From NCBI GenBank assembly GCA_030390025.1, contig CM059432.1:134542001-134606000 (forward strand): DNA of 64,000 bases, given 5' to 3'. Below are positions 39,761 to 52,158 of the stretch, piece after piece. The DNA comes from Squalus acanthias. Lineage: Eukaryota. Position numbers and translations under genes: made by a program. Numbering within the stretch: position 1 is the stretch's first letter; every line of letters starts with the position of its first letter. The notes below the pieces were generated by a model that was not told the DNA's origin, searched no databases, and saw nothing but the letters and a program-made list of their open reading frames with translations.

Positions 39761-41052
39761 ATGTTTACATGGTCCATCTCTGACTCTTCCCTTCCCTTCC
39801 TTGACTTCTCTGTCTCCATTTCTAGGGAGAGGCTATCGACAAACATCCACTATAAACCCACTAACTCCCACAGCTACCTGGACTACACTTCCTCCCACCC
39901 CTATTCCATTCTCCCATTTCTCCATCGCATCTGTTCTGATGATGCCACCTTCCATAATAGTGCTTCCAATATGTCTTCCTTTTTCCACAACCGAGGATTC
40001 CCCTCTACCGTGGTTGACATGGCCCTCGACCGTGTCTGTTCCATTTCCCCCACTCTTGCTCGCACCCTTTCCCCTCCCTCCCAGAACCACAATAGGGTTC
40101 CTCTTGTCCTCACCTTTCATCCCACAAGCCTCCACATTCAACAGATCATCCCTCCGCCATTTCCGCCACCTCCAGCGTGATCCCACCACCAAACACATTT
40201 TCCCCTCACCTCCCCTTTCAGCATTCCGAAGGGACCGCTCCCTCCGTGACACCCTTGTCCACTCTGCAATCACCCCCAACACCCCTTCCCCTTCCCATGG
40301 CACCTTCCTGTGCAAGCACAGGAGATGCAACACCTCCCCTTTTACCTCCTCCCTTCCCACTGTTCAGGGCCCCAAACACTCCTTCCAGGTAAAACAGCGA
40401 TTTGCTTGTACTTCTTGCAATTCGCTGGTCACGGTGCAGTCTCCTCTACATTAGGGAGACCAAACGCAGATTGGGTGATCACTTTGTGGAACACCTCCAT
40501 TCAGTCCGTAAGCGTGACCCCGAGCTTCCGGTCACCTGTCACTTTAATTCTCCGCTCCACTCCCACTCTGCCCTCGGCCTCTTACGCTGTTCCAACGAAG
40601 CTCAACGTAATCTCGAGGAACAGCACCTCATCTTTGGATTAGGCAGTTTACAGCCTTCTGGATTCAACATGGAGTTGAACAATTTCAGACCATAACCTCT
40701 GCCCCTATTTTTTCACATGGTAGCTGTTGATGATTCTGCCATCCCCATTTACACCTCTTCTAGATTCATCTTTTGTTTCTTTACTGGTCCCATTACCATC
40801 TCCTTTTGCTTTGCACCATCATCCCTTTTGTCTTTTAATCACTCCTGCCTTCCACCCTATCACAGACTTCCCCTTTTGTTCTTTCCTCCCCTCCCCTCTT
40901 TCCCTGCCCCTGCACTTGCTTAAAATCTGTTACATCTTTAATTTTTTCCAGTTCTGATGAAAGGTCATCGACCTGAAATGTTAACTCTGTTTCTCTCTCC
41001 ACAGATGCTGCCTGACCTGCTGAGTATTTCCAGCATTTTCTGCTTCTATTTC
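39761..41052 (+). mobile_element. Penelope-like element (RT C-terminus, GIY-YIG, pLTR), frameshifted
   Basis: SLPFLDFSVSISRERLSTNIHYKPTNSHSYLDYTSSHP; LLYIRETKRRLGDHFVEH; same tail family as 36240-36650. Confidence 0.9.
40950..40986 (+). ncRNA. Minimal hammerhead ribozyme motif
   Basis: AGTT-CTGATGA-A-AGGTC(ATC)GACCT-GAAA-TG-TT-AACT; CG to TG decay in stem III. Confidence 0.7.
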
Positions 41053-42442
41053 AGCGCTTACATTCCTCCTAGAGAGGAGGTCTGTAAGTGCCTTCCATCT
41101 GTTGTCCACAGCTAGCATGTGCTCATGTGAGTGGCGCATTTGCTGCTCCATGCAGGTGGTCATCCTTTCCATGGAACAGCACACCGTCGCCATCGCCTGC
41201 GACATGGTAGTGCTCATATTGGAGATGGACTCCTCCATTCTCTGAACATTTGCAGAAATCGCGGCTGCAAAAGATGCCAAAGCCTCATGCAATTGTTGCT
41301 GCCACTCCAAGATCACCCTCTTTCTCGATGTACCCCGAGGCTCAGCGTCTGCATGCAGCTCAGCAGAGCTTGGAGCGTCCTGCGCCCTCCGGGGAGGAAT
41401 CTCTACTGTTGTCCCTGTCTCTACCATCTGCTCTTGCTCACTTGTGAATTGTGAGACACCAGATGACGGCTCTACTCTATGGCGCAAAGGACCCACCCAG
41501 GTGTGTGTATCTGCGCTGGTGCTGGGTGTGCTGCACCCTCAGAGGCTGGAGGTTCCTCTAGGGAGTCGTCTTCCTCCTCCGGTTGGACAGTTGGGGGGGG
41601 GGGGGGGGGGCGGCGGGGGGCAGCAGGGGAAGGACAGTTGATGGACCTGTGGGAGAGTAAAGAGATGAATTAGAAGTGTTATAATAAGAATGGGTAATGC
41701 TACCATTATGCACATGATATCACTGGCTGCTAACATCAGTCACCATATGGGTGACTGTTGTATGCCATGTTACTTTATGAGATGTGATTTTGTCACCAGG
41801 TTGCTGGGATGTCCCCCTCTCCCACTGCCAGCGTCTCTCAAGCTCCTGAATTTCCAGAGCTGCCTCCTCTGCTGCTGCGAGGTGTGCAATCACTGGAGGG
41901 CCACCTGCGGTTCTCTCTCTCTCCCAGTTGTTCTGGGTTCTCTTCTCCCGCAATGAGGGAAAGAAGAGAAGGTTGAGTGAGAGTGATGGAATGAGTGTAA
42001 GGAATGGATGGGTTACATCTGTAGAGGGTGACTATGAGGGAGTGGGGTGCCAATGCCAAATGGCCTCCTTCTGTGGTGTTACTTGCTATGATTGCATTAG
42101 GATGAGATTGAGTGTGAGGGGTGGTTAGTCAGATGGGGATGTGAGTATGTACATAGAGAGAGAGGGATGTATGGACATGCTAGGTATGTTTGTGAGAGGA
42201 ATGATGTGCAGGAGTAGGCTTGGGAAGGCAGGGTGATGGGGATGTGTTGACAGGCACTTCAGGATGAAGGTGAGTGTGGCATTGCACTCACCCTTCCTGA
42301 CCTCGTAAGATCATTGAAGCGTTTCCTGCACTGGATCCAGGTCCTCCTCACCACATTCCTGCTGCTGACAGCCAGAGTTAATTCCAAACCAGGCTCTTTT
42401 TGTTGCTTGTGGAGGACTTCTTTGCCTGTCAGCAGGGAAGAG

Positions 42443-43314
42443 TGTAAGAAAGGGGGAAATCGTCATTTCTGAGTCTCCCTACTAACTAACTCCCAAATTG
42501 AGAGAGCACTCAGAACTAGCTAGATCAGTCAAGAGCTGATTGTGAGAAGTCAATACAGATATTTCCTTCTCAAGATGGGGAATTGCAAGAAATCATGAAT
42601 TGGAAGAAAGAGTGAATTGTAAAAGAAATAATGGTTTTATAAAATAAATGGGTTTGCCCAGTTCAGCAACCAGAATAAGCTGATGACACAGAAGAAACCA
42701 ATCATGTCAGATAAAGAGTTGCACAAAGAGCTGAGGTCGTTTACAAGGGCATAACACAGAAACAGGCCTTCATGTAGGCATAGCTAGGCCTGATAAGAGG
42801 TCGAGTAAAAGCCTTATGATAAACAAACTGTCCAGGAGAAAGTGCAAGATGTCCAAACAAGAGATAAGCAGAGGGACAGGGGACAGGTGGGGTTTGCCGC
42901 TGGTACCTATTCTGCTGTAATTGGACAATTGAATGGGTAACAAATGATTGACGCGAGGTATCCACCAGCTCCCCGAAATAAAGTATATAACTGGGCAGCC
43001 AAAAGGGAAAAACAGCCAGAGAGGGGGAGAGCTTCCTCTGAGGTGGATCTCATGCTGGCTTCGGCCAGCCTCGGGAGACGACCAAAGAGGAAGAGACCAC
43101 TGCCACAGGCTGCAGGGATCCGAGACCACCGTTCTGCCTCAACCCCCGTCCGCCCGTTCCGGAGTCGGTAAACCATTCTCATCTGTTATGGGTTGTAAGT
43201 TTACTATGTCAATCCTGATTTAGCCATATTTGAACTGCCGCTCCATTATAAAACGACCTATGACTCCTAAGACCCTTTGAGTAATGTGTGTGTGACCTGT
43301 GATCCAATCTTACA
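42443..43314 (+). mobile_element. Solo LTR inside the Harbinger Myb gene
   Basis: TGTAAGA…TCTTACA 7-bp terminal inverted repeat; 4-bp TSD AGAG; TATATAA at ~42984. Confidence 0.88.
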
Positions 43315-43719
43315 AGAGGACCCCCCCCCCCACCCCGCGTGCTCTGACAGCCTCCACAAGAGTTTGGTTGGAAGAATCTGAGAACCGTGGTGCAGCCCTC
43401 TGCCTTTGGCTATCTATGTTTCAAAAGTTTTAGCTGTACTGTGGCCTTTCTTTCATACCTTTCACCCTCCTCCAGGAACCTTCAAGTGAGTTCAGTGCAA
43501 GGCTCCTTTAAATAGGGGCGCTGGAAATGAGTCATCAATGATGTCATCAGACCCACACAATTTAATAGGCCGGGAAACACGCACGACTCTTTCAATTGGG
43601 GCCATTAAGTGAAAATTGCTCTAAGCAGCGCGTAGCTCAGAACATCGCATTTCGGACCCGCTACGCGCCCACACGCACCCAACCCGATGCAAAGGTGAAA
43701 ATTCCGGCCTATGTTTCCA

Positions 43720-43883
43720 TTGATGAAGTCTGACTGGATATTTGCTTGATTTGAATGCAAATTCTCCTCCACGTCCTGTCCTTGAATTTGGAAGCCTGCT
43801 CTTTGAACAAGGTCAGCAGATGTAAGGTTGCTGCTACCCCTCCAGTTGCGATCATCTGTCTCCTGTTCTGCATTGCCTTCTCC
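43720..43883 (-). pseudogene. Relic Myb-gene exon of a third, older Harbinger (other pieces at ~46560-46620 and ~51260-51350)
   Basis: Acceptor TTGCCAG|EKAMQNRRQMIATGG resembles KMAHNRREQQRTGG; QYWKTFNDLTR; EILLQEVH…FP. Confidence 0.55.
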
Positions 43884-43899
43884 TGGCAATGCAGAAGAA

Positions 43900-44859
43900 A
43901 ATTGAGAGGTCGCACAACACCAGGTTATAGTCCAACAGTTTTATTTGAAATCACAAGCTTTCGGAGCTATCGATTGCCCCTTCCTCAGGTGAAGTAAATT
44001 AGATACAGAATCGCCAAAGCATATATAGATAGAGAACAAAGCATGTGTACCTTACAATTGCAGACCACTAAATTAAATCATCCTGACTATCTGCCGAGGT
44101 GTGATAAAGTTAATCAAGTCAGCCAGGAAGGTACCACATCAAAGACATAGCAAGATACAACTGAGACAATGAGGTGTAGTCGCAGGGGTTCTAACGTGTC
44201 AAAAGCTGCTGTCTGTATGTAAAACGAAAAGCTTTAAAATTTTTACTTTTTTACTGGGAATCACATCTGTGAACAAGCCAACGACGACTCGAGTCCGGAT
44301 CACGTCATGTATCGTGACATAAACCCAAGATCCCGGTTGAGACCGTCTTCATGAGTGCGGAACTTGGCTATCAGTTTCTGCTCGATGATTTTGCGTTGTC
44401 GTGTGTTTCTAAGGTTGCCTTGGAGAACGCTTACCTGCAGATCCGAGGCTGAATGTCCTTGACTGCTGAAGTGTTCCCCGACTGGGAGGTAACAATCCTG
44501 CCTGGCGATTGTTGCGCGGTGCTCGTTCATACGTTGTCTCAGTGTCTGCATGGTCTCGCCGATGTACCATGCCGCGGTGCATTCTTTCCTGCAACGTATG
44601 AGGTAGACAACGTTGGCCGAGTCACATGAGTATGTACCATGTACCTGGTGGTTAGTGTCCTCACGTGTGATGGTGGTATCTGTGTTGATGATCTGGCATG
44701 TCTTGCAGAGTTTGCCTTGGCAAAAGAACCAAAGGCGACATGAGGAAAAACTTTTTTACGCAGCAAATGGTTATGATCTGGAATGTATTGCCTAAAAGGG
44801 TGGTAGAGGGAGACTCAATTATGGCTTTCAAAAGGGAATTGGCTAAGTACCGGGAGAAA
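43900..44859 (-). repeat. Inverted duplicate of 45221-46208 (Penelope family 2 plus ~140 bp CR1)
   Basis: Near-identical ORFs 44300..44551 (-) and 45529..45780 (+); flanked by direct repeat TGCAGAAGAA. Confidence 0.92.
43951..43992 (-). ncRNA. Minimal hammerhead ribozyme (family 2)
   Basis: TCAC-CTGAGGA-A-GGGGC(AATCGATA)GCTCC-GAAA-GC-TT-GTGA. Confidence 0.78.
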
Positions 44860-45362
44860 TGCATTGCAGAAGAATGCATTGATTGTGCGACATTGACAGT
44901 ATGGAATCTTTCTACTCCCATGTGTAAAGTTGCTCTGTACAGGCATTGTGAAGACTGAAAGGTGTAGCATGCATGGCACTGGTCATGGAAGCAACTAACA
45001 GAAGACTACCCAGTATAACCTAACAGTGGTAGTAATGGGCAAGGCAGTTTCTGGAAAGTGCACTGTACAGTATCATGGGCAACCTTGGGAAGATGGAGAG
45101 AATCATAGAATGGTTGCAGCACAGAAGGAGGCCATTTGGCCTGTTGAGCCCATGCCAGCTCTCTGCAAGGGCACTTCAGCTAGTCCCTCTCCCCCGGCCT
45201 TTCCCCGTAGCCCTGCTTTTTTTCTCCCGGTACTTAGCCAATTCCCTTTTGAAAGCCATAATTGAGTCTCCCTCTACCACCCTTTTAGGCAATACATTCC
45301 AGATCATAACCATTTGCTGCGTAAAAAAGTTTTTCCTCATGTCGCCTTTGGTTCTTTTGCCA

Positions 45363-46200
45363 AGGCAAACTCTGCAAGACATGCCAGATCATCAACACAG
45401 ATACCACCATCACACGTGAGGACACTAACCACCAGGTACATGGTACATACTCATGTGACTCGGCCAACGTTGTCTACCTCATACGTTGCAGGAAAGAATG
45501 CACCGCGGCATGGTACATCGGCGAGACCATGCAGACACTGAGACAACGTATGAACGAGCACCGCGCAACAATCGCCAGGCAGGATTGTTACCTCCCAGTC
45601 GGGGAACACTTCAGCAGTCAAGGACATTCAGCCTCGGATCTGCGGGTAAGCGTTCTCCAAGGCAACCTTAGAAACACACGACAACGCAAAATCATCGAGC
45701 AGAAACTGATAGCCAAGTTCTGCACTCATGAAGACGGTCTCAATCGGGATCTTGGGTTTATGTCACGATACATGACGTGATCCGGACTCGAGTCGTCGTT
45801 AGCTTGTTCACAGATGTGATTCCCAGTAAAAAAGTAAAAATTTTCCCAGTAAAAAAGTAAATTTTTTTTTTTTTAAAGCTTTTCGTTTTACATACAGACG
45901 GCAGCTTTTGACACGTTAGAACCCCTGCGACTTCACCTCATTGTCTCAGTTGTATCTTGCTATGTCTTTTGATGTGGTACCTTCCTGGCTGACTTAATTA
46001 ACTTTATCACACCTCGGCAGATAGTCAGGATGATTTAATTTATTGGTCTGCAATTGTAAAGTACACATGCTTTTTTTTCCATCTATATATGCTCTGACGA
46101 TTCTGTATCCAATTTACTTCACCTGAGGAAGGAGCGATAGTTCCGAAAGCTTGTGATTTCAAATAAAACTGTTGGACTATAACCTGGTGTTGTGCGACCT
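45363..46200 (+). mobile_element. Penelope-like element family 2 (GIY-YIG end plus pLTR)
   Basis: NVVYLIRCRKECTAAWYIGETMQTLRQRMNEH…EQKLIAKF…GLNRDLGF. Confidence 0.9.
46119..46156 (+). ncRNA. Minimal hammerhead ribozyme (family 2)
   Basis: TCAC-CTGAGGA-A-GGAGC(GATA)GTTCC-GAAA-GC-TT-GTGA. Confidence 0.8.
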
Positions 46201-46734
46201 CTCTATTTATAAAGCCCAGGATCCCGTATGCATTTTTTAACCGCTTTCTCAACCTGCCCTGCCACCTTCAGCGATTTGTGCACATATACCCCCAGGTCTC
46301 TCTGTTCATGCAGCCCCTTTAGGATTGTACCCTTCAGTTTATATTGCCTCTCCTCATTCTTCCTACCAAAATGTATCACTTCGCACTATTCTGCATTAAA
46401 TTTCATCTGCCACGTGTCCGCCCATTTCACCAGCCTGTCTATGTCCTCTTGAAGTCTATCACTATCCTCCTCACTGTTCACTGTAGAAGAGAAAGGAAAG
46501 GAATGCATGGATTGAATAGGAGCAGCTGATGATAATAGCTGGTGGAGTGCATAGCAATGAGCTTATGTTGCTCCTCCTGGTGAGGTCATTGAATGTTTTC
46601 CAGTACTGCAGCTTTGTCTACCACTTCCTGCCATACTCTTCACCCCACCCACCCCGAAATGTCAATTTAGGTCCGCTGGCCCTGAAAATCAATGGTTGTA
46701 CCATCACAGCCCCGCTGCCACTTTGGCCAGACTC

Positions 46735-49700
46735 CACACCGGTCACATGGTCACAGAGCTCTGCCACCTCCTGCAGCCACACCTCGAGCCTCACATCAAG
46801 AGCACCAGGGCTCTCTCAGTGGCAGTCAAGGTCACCGTCGCCCTCCATTACTACGCCAGCGGATCCTTCCAGTATGCAACAGGAGACATAGCGAACATCT
46901 CGCAGTTCGCCATCCATTGCTGCATCCCCGAGCTCACAGAGGCTCTATACAGGAGGAGAAGGGACTACATTTCCTTCCCCATGACCAGAGAGAAGCAGCG
47001 CGAGCATGCATGTAGCTTTGCCAGGATAGCGAGCTTCCCCATGGTGCAGGGCGCCATTGACTGCATCCAAGTCGGTCTGTGGGCACCCCGTAACAATCCT
47101 GAGGTATTCTGTAACTGCAAAGGCTATCACTCACTTAATTTGCAGTTGGTGTGCGACCACACACAGCAAATCCTCCTGGCTCATGACTCCCCTCCACAAC
47201 CCCAACTCTCGTGCCCAGCACTCATACAATGAGAGCCATGCTGCCACCAGGAACATCATTGAGCAGACCATCGGCGTGCTCAAGCAACGGTTCCGCTGCC
47301 TTGACGGTTAGAAATTAGGGTATCCAAAATATATGGGGTTATGCGAATGAAATTTTGACGCGAATAAGACTGTGTTTACATGACTGTATTAGAACTTGAA
47401 ACAAAAAGTCTCTTCAGACTAGTATTAGAATAACTAGATAGATGCTTAGAATCTGCTTGTGTTTTGGTTCCCTGCGGATGCTATAACATTCTGCACCATG
47501 ACAAGTCATATATGACCTTGTTTCCAGGCTAGCTGTCTGCTGTTTATGTGCTGGAAGGTTGTTTTATGTATCTTTAATTTGACCAACCAAGGCCCAACGC
47601 CTATGTTTCTTCCATTACTGTTAATAACTATATTATAATGCTAAGTTAGGATTTTGACTTTGTTTAACAAAACTGCTTTAAAATGCGTAATTTAACCAGT
47701 GTGTGAGAATAGAAGATATCTTTGGGAATTTAATGATTCATTCCATGGTACAATAGCCTGATAATGAAATAGTTAGTTTTGCATAGCTAAAGCTGCATGA
47801 ACAGCATGAACATAAATAACTGATAACAAGCAGTTACGAACATCCGATGGCTGAGAATGACATGTCTGACTCCAAACTAGGGAGGATAGGGACAAGGGAG
47901 ATAAGAGAAATTCCGATGGGTAGGCCTTCAAAACGTATAAACAATAAAGCCTGTGTGATGATTGTGAAGACCCCTCCTGGAGGGAGGATCTTCATCTCGA
48001 AGTTGAGACAAAGAACTCGACGTGCCATTGGGCACCTTGGTGTAGGAAGAGCCCTTACAGGTTAAATGGTCCTGTCCATATTTTACATCAGGCCCACCCC
48101 TAAAAAAGGGTATAAGAGAAAGACCTGAAAAGCCCTTAGCAGAGACGGTGGAAGGGAGAGCCATACAAGAGTGGGGCTGGTCTAACACTCTTCCAGGAGT
48201 GGACTCAACCCATTCTTGGGGGTTCTAGACGAGAGGGAGAAAGGCCGTAAGCCTGAGAACTGTTTGCGCACGCCAGCTGTCTGTCCGATCGGGTCCGGTA
48301 CCAGCTGTTTGTCACGGTCGTATGTTTTTGTTGTATAACTAGTGTGTTATATTCCGTCCTAAACTCCGATTAAACACAATATACCCACCATATTGGTTTG
48401 CAGTCGCTTCTGATTATTTGAAAGACCAGAGATAAGCTAATATCAACAAATTGGCTAATCTCAACAGACCGCTCGGGAGGAGCCCTCCAGTGCTCGGCTG
48501 AGCAGGCGTCCCTTTTCGTCGTCGTCTGCTGCATGCTGCACAACTTGGCCATCATGCGGGCCCAGCCATTGCCACCAGGCATAGCCGCACCACCTCAGGA
48601 GGAGGAAGAGGGAGATGAGGAGGACGAGGATGAGGAGGACCAGGAGGAGGAGGAACAGGAGCACGAACATCAGCAACGGAGGAGGTCGCCACTCAATCGG
48701 CCTTGTGGAAGGGAGGTCCGTGACTGCCTCATCAGACTTCGGTTCCAATGAATTGGAGGCCACTTCCCGGTTGCTCAGCCCGTCCCCATCATTCCATCAA
48801 TTTCTCATTCCATACCACACCCCAGAGCTGAAATGAGACACAGCTCCAAATCTGCAACATTCCAATAATAAATTATCCAAATTCAGCAACCACATATATA
48901 CAGCAACAATATTAACTAATCACCCTTGTGCAAACCCTTACTTGCCCTCTTTACAGTGCCTTTCCCTAATCTACTGCTCCTACGTAGTGTCTCCCCAGTG
49001 GCTGCAGCAGGGCTGGTGGAAGGCTGCTGAGTGTCGGTGCCAGAGGCTACAGATGGCCTTGTAGGATGCCCTTGACCAGCTCTGGGCCTGGAATGCCCGG
49101 CTGTAGACTGCGCCACCTCAGGCTGGGCGGCGGCAGTCTGGGCTGGCTGGATGACAGGCAGCGACAAGTGTAATGGCGGAGTGGCAGTGGTTGGGTCAGG
49201 AATGCTGTCATCCTGAGAGAGGACAGCAGGTTCCTGCGCCACTGACCCACTGCCACTGCCCCAGGGCAGCACCTCAGCATCCCTACCAATCTGCTGGAGC
49301 ACAGATTGCTGGCCTGCTGCGGCACCGTGAGATCCCCGGTGGACTGTGGTGGACCCAGCGACGATGGCAGCAGTCAGAGCTTGCGTGGCATCAAGCTGAG
49401 ACTGCATGAGAGCAGTCTGAAACTCGATGCCACCAACCATTACCTACATTACAGCACTAATACGTTGCATTGCTTCCGCCTGTGCTGCAATGGAAGCTGC
49501 CACATCGCCCATGACACGCGTCATGAGGTCTGGATCCGCAAGGTCTCTCTGGGAGTGGAAATGATGGACTCCATGGTGTGCGCAGAGCTCTGTGCAATGT
49601 TGGAGGCAGACTCCTCCATCATCCTTACCATTGCTGAGAGGCTCTCGGCCACCCTTGCCATTGCACCTATCATCTCGGTGTGCATGGCTGTCACCCTTCT

Positions 49701-51077
49701 TGTGAATGCCTCCCCATCGAGGTCCTCATCCGAGTCCTGTGCAGCAGAACTCGCCCTCCAGGGAGCTGGCTCCCGAGCTGCCCTTTCCCCCTGGCCTTGC
49801 TGCAGCCCGCTTGTCCCCGGTGTATCACCCAGTGCAGACCCCTCTACTAAACTTGCCTCTAAAGATCGCGTAGTGCCAGTATCTGAGGTGGTGCCTGCGG
49901 GTGATGATGCAATGATGCGGTGCTTTGCTCCTCCTCCTCACTCTCAGTGGGGGGCTCAGGGACAGGCTGGTCATCTGGTTGCTGATTATCTGAAAGGATA
50001 AAGGCACAAGACTCGCGTTAAGGTGAGGGAAGGGGGGCAGGAATGGAGCAAGGAATGCAGACAGTATCAGGAGCTGGAAAGTGGGAAAGGCTTCTGGTGC
50101 GAGGGGGAAGTGGGATGAGAGAAGGAGAGGGGATGAAGATACCGTTTTTGCCCCCAAGGGGGTCAACATTGCCGATTGCCACGGTGCCCACCAGCTGCTG
50201 CCCAATGAGTCGCAGCACTCGCTCCTCAAGGTCTGAGAGCTGCTGGAGCTGCGCATCACCCCCGCCTGTTCTCTGCTGCTCCCTCCTATTGTGGGCCATC
50301 TTGGCCTGCAAGATAAACGAATGTGTGTGAGTCAGAGTCCAGCTATGTGTTTGGGAGATATGCCTGCTATAGGTGAAGAGCTGTGATTGTAGGCAAGGAG
50401 TGAGATGTGAGTTTGAGTAGGTGAAGATGTTTGTTGGGTGAATGGTGGGGGTGTGGTGGTTTGTGCAGTGTGCACAGACTGAGGTTCAGATGCTGGTATG
50501 TAGGAGCTGTTGAAGCATGTACTCACCTTGACCACCCAAGTGAGGTCGTTGAATTTCTACCGGCACTGTGTCAGGCTGCGTATGACCACACTACTGGCCG
50601 AGACCTCCTGGGCCACTTCCCTCCACATTGCCCTGAAGACCTGGGGCAATGGCCTCCTTCCAGTGTCCGGGAAAAGCACTGCCCCTCCTTCGCTCCACTC
50701 CCGCGACCAATGCCTCGTCCGGGAAACGACGAGCTCTCTCCCTGGGAGTGGGATCAGCCATCACGATCAGGGGATTGAGTTGTTAGCAGGTTGCCTTCAC
50801 AGCCAGCAATGCTGATAATGAGGATTTGCACAATGATGCAACCTCCCCTTTAAGAGCTGGAAGGGGTCAGTGTGAATGATCATTCGCGATTGCATAGCAC
50901 CTGAAATTCATTATCGCTCTCCTGGTAGCATTAGTGCTCGAATTACCGCTCCAGCTCTTTCCAGGAGCGCTAACAGCCAAATTCAGGGAAACCTCAGACT
51001 CATTAGTGCCTGGCGCTAATTTTTCACGATTTCAAAATTTAGCGCCCCGAACGGGGCGATACCAAATTTCTCCCCCC
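46735..51077 (+). mobile_element. Second Harbinger transposon, left end missing
   Basis: Transposase 46737-47305 and 48467-48751 (FPMVQGAIDC…KGYHSLNLQLVCD…YNESHAATRNIIEQTIGVLKQRFRCLD|RSGGALQ…VVCCMLHN); minus-strand spliced Myb-like gene 48916-50700; TIR-like end CCAAATTTCTCCCCCC. Confidence 0.85.
47306..48466 (+). mobile_element. Solo LTR interrupting the transposase
   Basis: Termini (G)GTTAGAAATTAG…CTAATCTCAACA; GAC duplicated at both junctions; transposase frame resumes; TATAA at ~48110, ATTAAA at ~48369. Confidence 0.8.
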
Positions 51078-51699
51078 TAGAGTATGGTTGCCACATGTAC
51101 AACCTGATCAGGTACACCAACCAACCCACTGGCAGTTGTGGGGCCCACTTGGTCCAGGCCAGGGCTAAGGCCTGGATGCCTGAAGGTCTGGCGGAGGTGG
51201 TGGGGGCGGAGAACAGGAACTTACATCAAGACCATGGATTTTCAGGGACGGCACGGTCACCTTGGGGAAATATTCAGTCCCTTCTGAGTGCACTTCCTGC
51301 AGCAAGATTTCTGTTATCCTCAAATCGGGCACCCTGTTCCTTCCTGCACCGCTGAAAGATGTGTCAGCTAACTTCCAAGCAAGCAATGCCCTTTAAGCTC
51401 CTGCAGCAGCAACTTACAAACTTCCTCTCCCTAATTTGTGTGAATCCAATTCCAGGCATTATCCATGCCCATTGTAATGACCTGAACCAGGAATTATGGG
51501 CCACGTTCAGCTTGTTTGGAGTCAGCTGCATTTGGTCATTACGGGGGCTCTGTGGGGGAGGGGGGTGGGGTTTGGGAACAGCCTCACAGATAAAGAAATG
51601 CAGAGTTTTGATCCTTAGTCCGCGCTGCGTTAGCTGATCTCAGCCCAGTCAGCAGCAGGGGTGTGACAATTGGCCACTTTGACTCTGGGCTATGGAAGG

Positions 51700-52158
51700 T
51701 TCACTGAACTGACTTCTGGGATGTGGGGATTGTCCTATGAGGAGAGACTGAGGAGACTAGGCCTATATTTCCTAGAGTTTAGAAGAATGAGAGGTGATCT
51801 CATTGAAACGTATAAAATTCTTAATGGGCTTGACAGGGTAAATCCTGGAGGGTGTTTCCCCTGGCTGGGGAATCTAGAACACAGGGTCATAGTCTCAGAA
51901 TAAGCGGTCGGACTCTTAGGACAAAAGGATTGTGAATCTTTGGAATTCCCAACCCCAGAGGGCTGTGGATGCTCAGTCGTTGAATATATTCAAGACAGAG
52001 ATCGGTAAGATTTTTGAATACTGAGGGAAACAAGGGATATGGGGATAGTGTGGGAAGGTGGAGTTGAGGTAGGAGATCATCCATGATCTTATTGAATGGT
52101 AGACCAGGCTCGAAGGGCCGATAGGCCGACTCCTGCTCCTATTTTATATGTTCTTATG
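51700..52158 (+). mobile_element. CR1 3' fragment inserted into an ancient SINE-like copy (51595-52200)
   Basis: GLSYEERLRRLGLYFLEFRRMRGDLIETYK. Confidence 0.88.

Larger units (their letters stand above)
39400..43400 (-). pseudogene. Harbinger Myb/SANT-like spliced second gene, disrupted
   Basis: Exon ~42292-42442 RRTWIQCRKRFNDLTRSGR ending at a GTGAGT donor; exon ~41798-41948 EKRTQNNWERERTAGG; coiled-coil exon in ORF 40981..41496. Confidence 0.75.
37316..43709 (+). mobile_element. Full-length degraded Harbinger/PIF transposon with nested insertions
   Basis: 13-bp TIRs GGCCGGAATTTTC/GAAAATTCCGGCC; 3-bp TSD TAT; convergent transposase and Myb/SANT-like genes. Confidence 0.92.
45099..46480 (-). 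mobile_element. CR1 3' fragment split by Penelope (pieces 45099-45362 and ~46200-46480)
   Basis: KRTKGDMRKNFFTQ…WNVLP; ORF 46040..46252 begins with CR1 AYGILGFINR. Confidence 0.85.
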
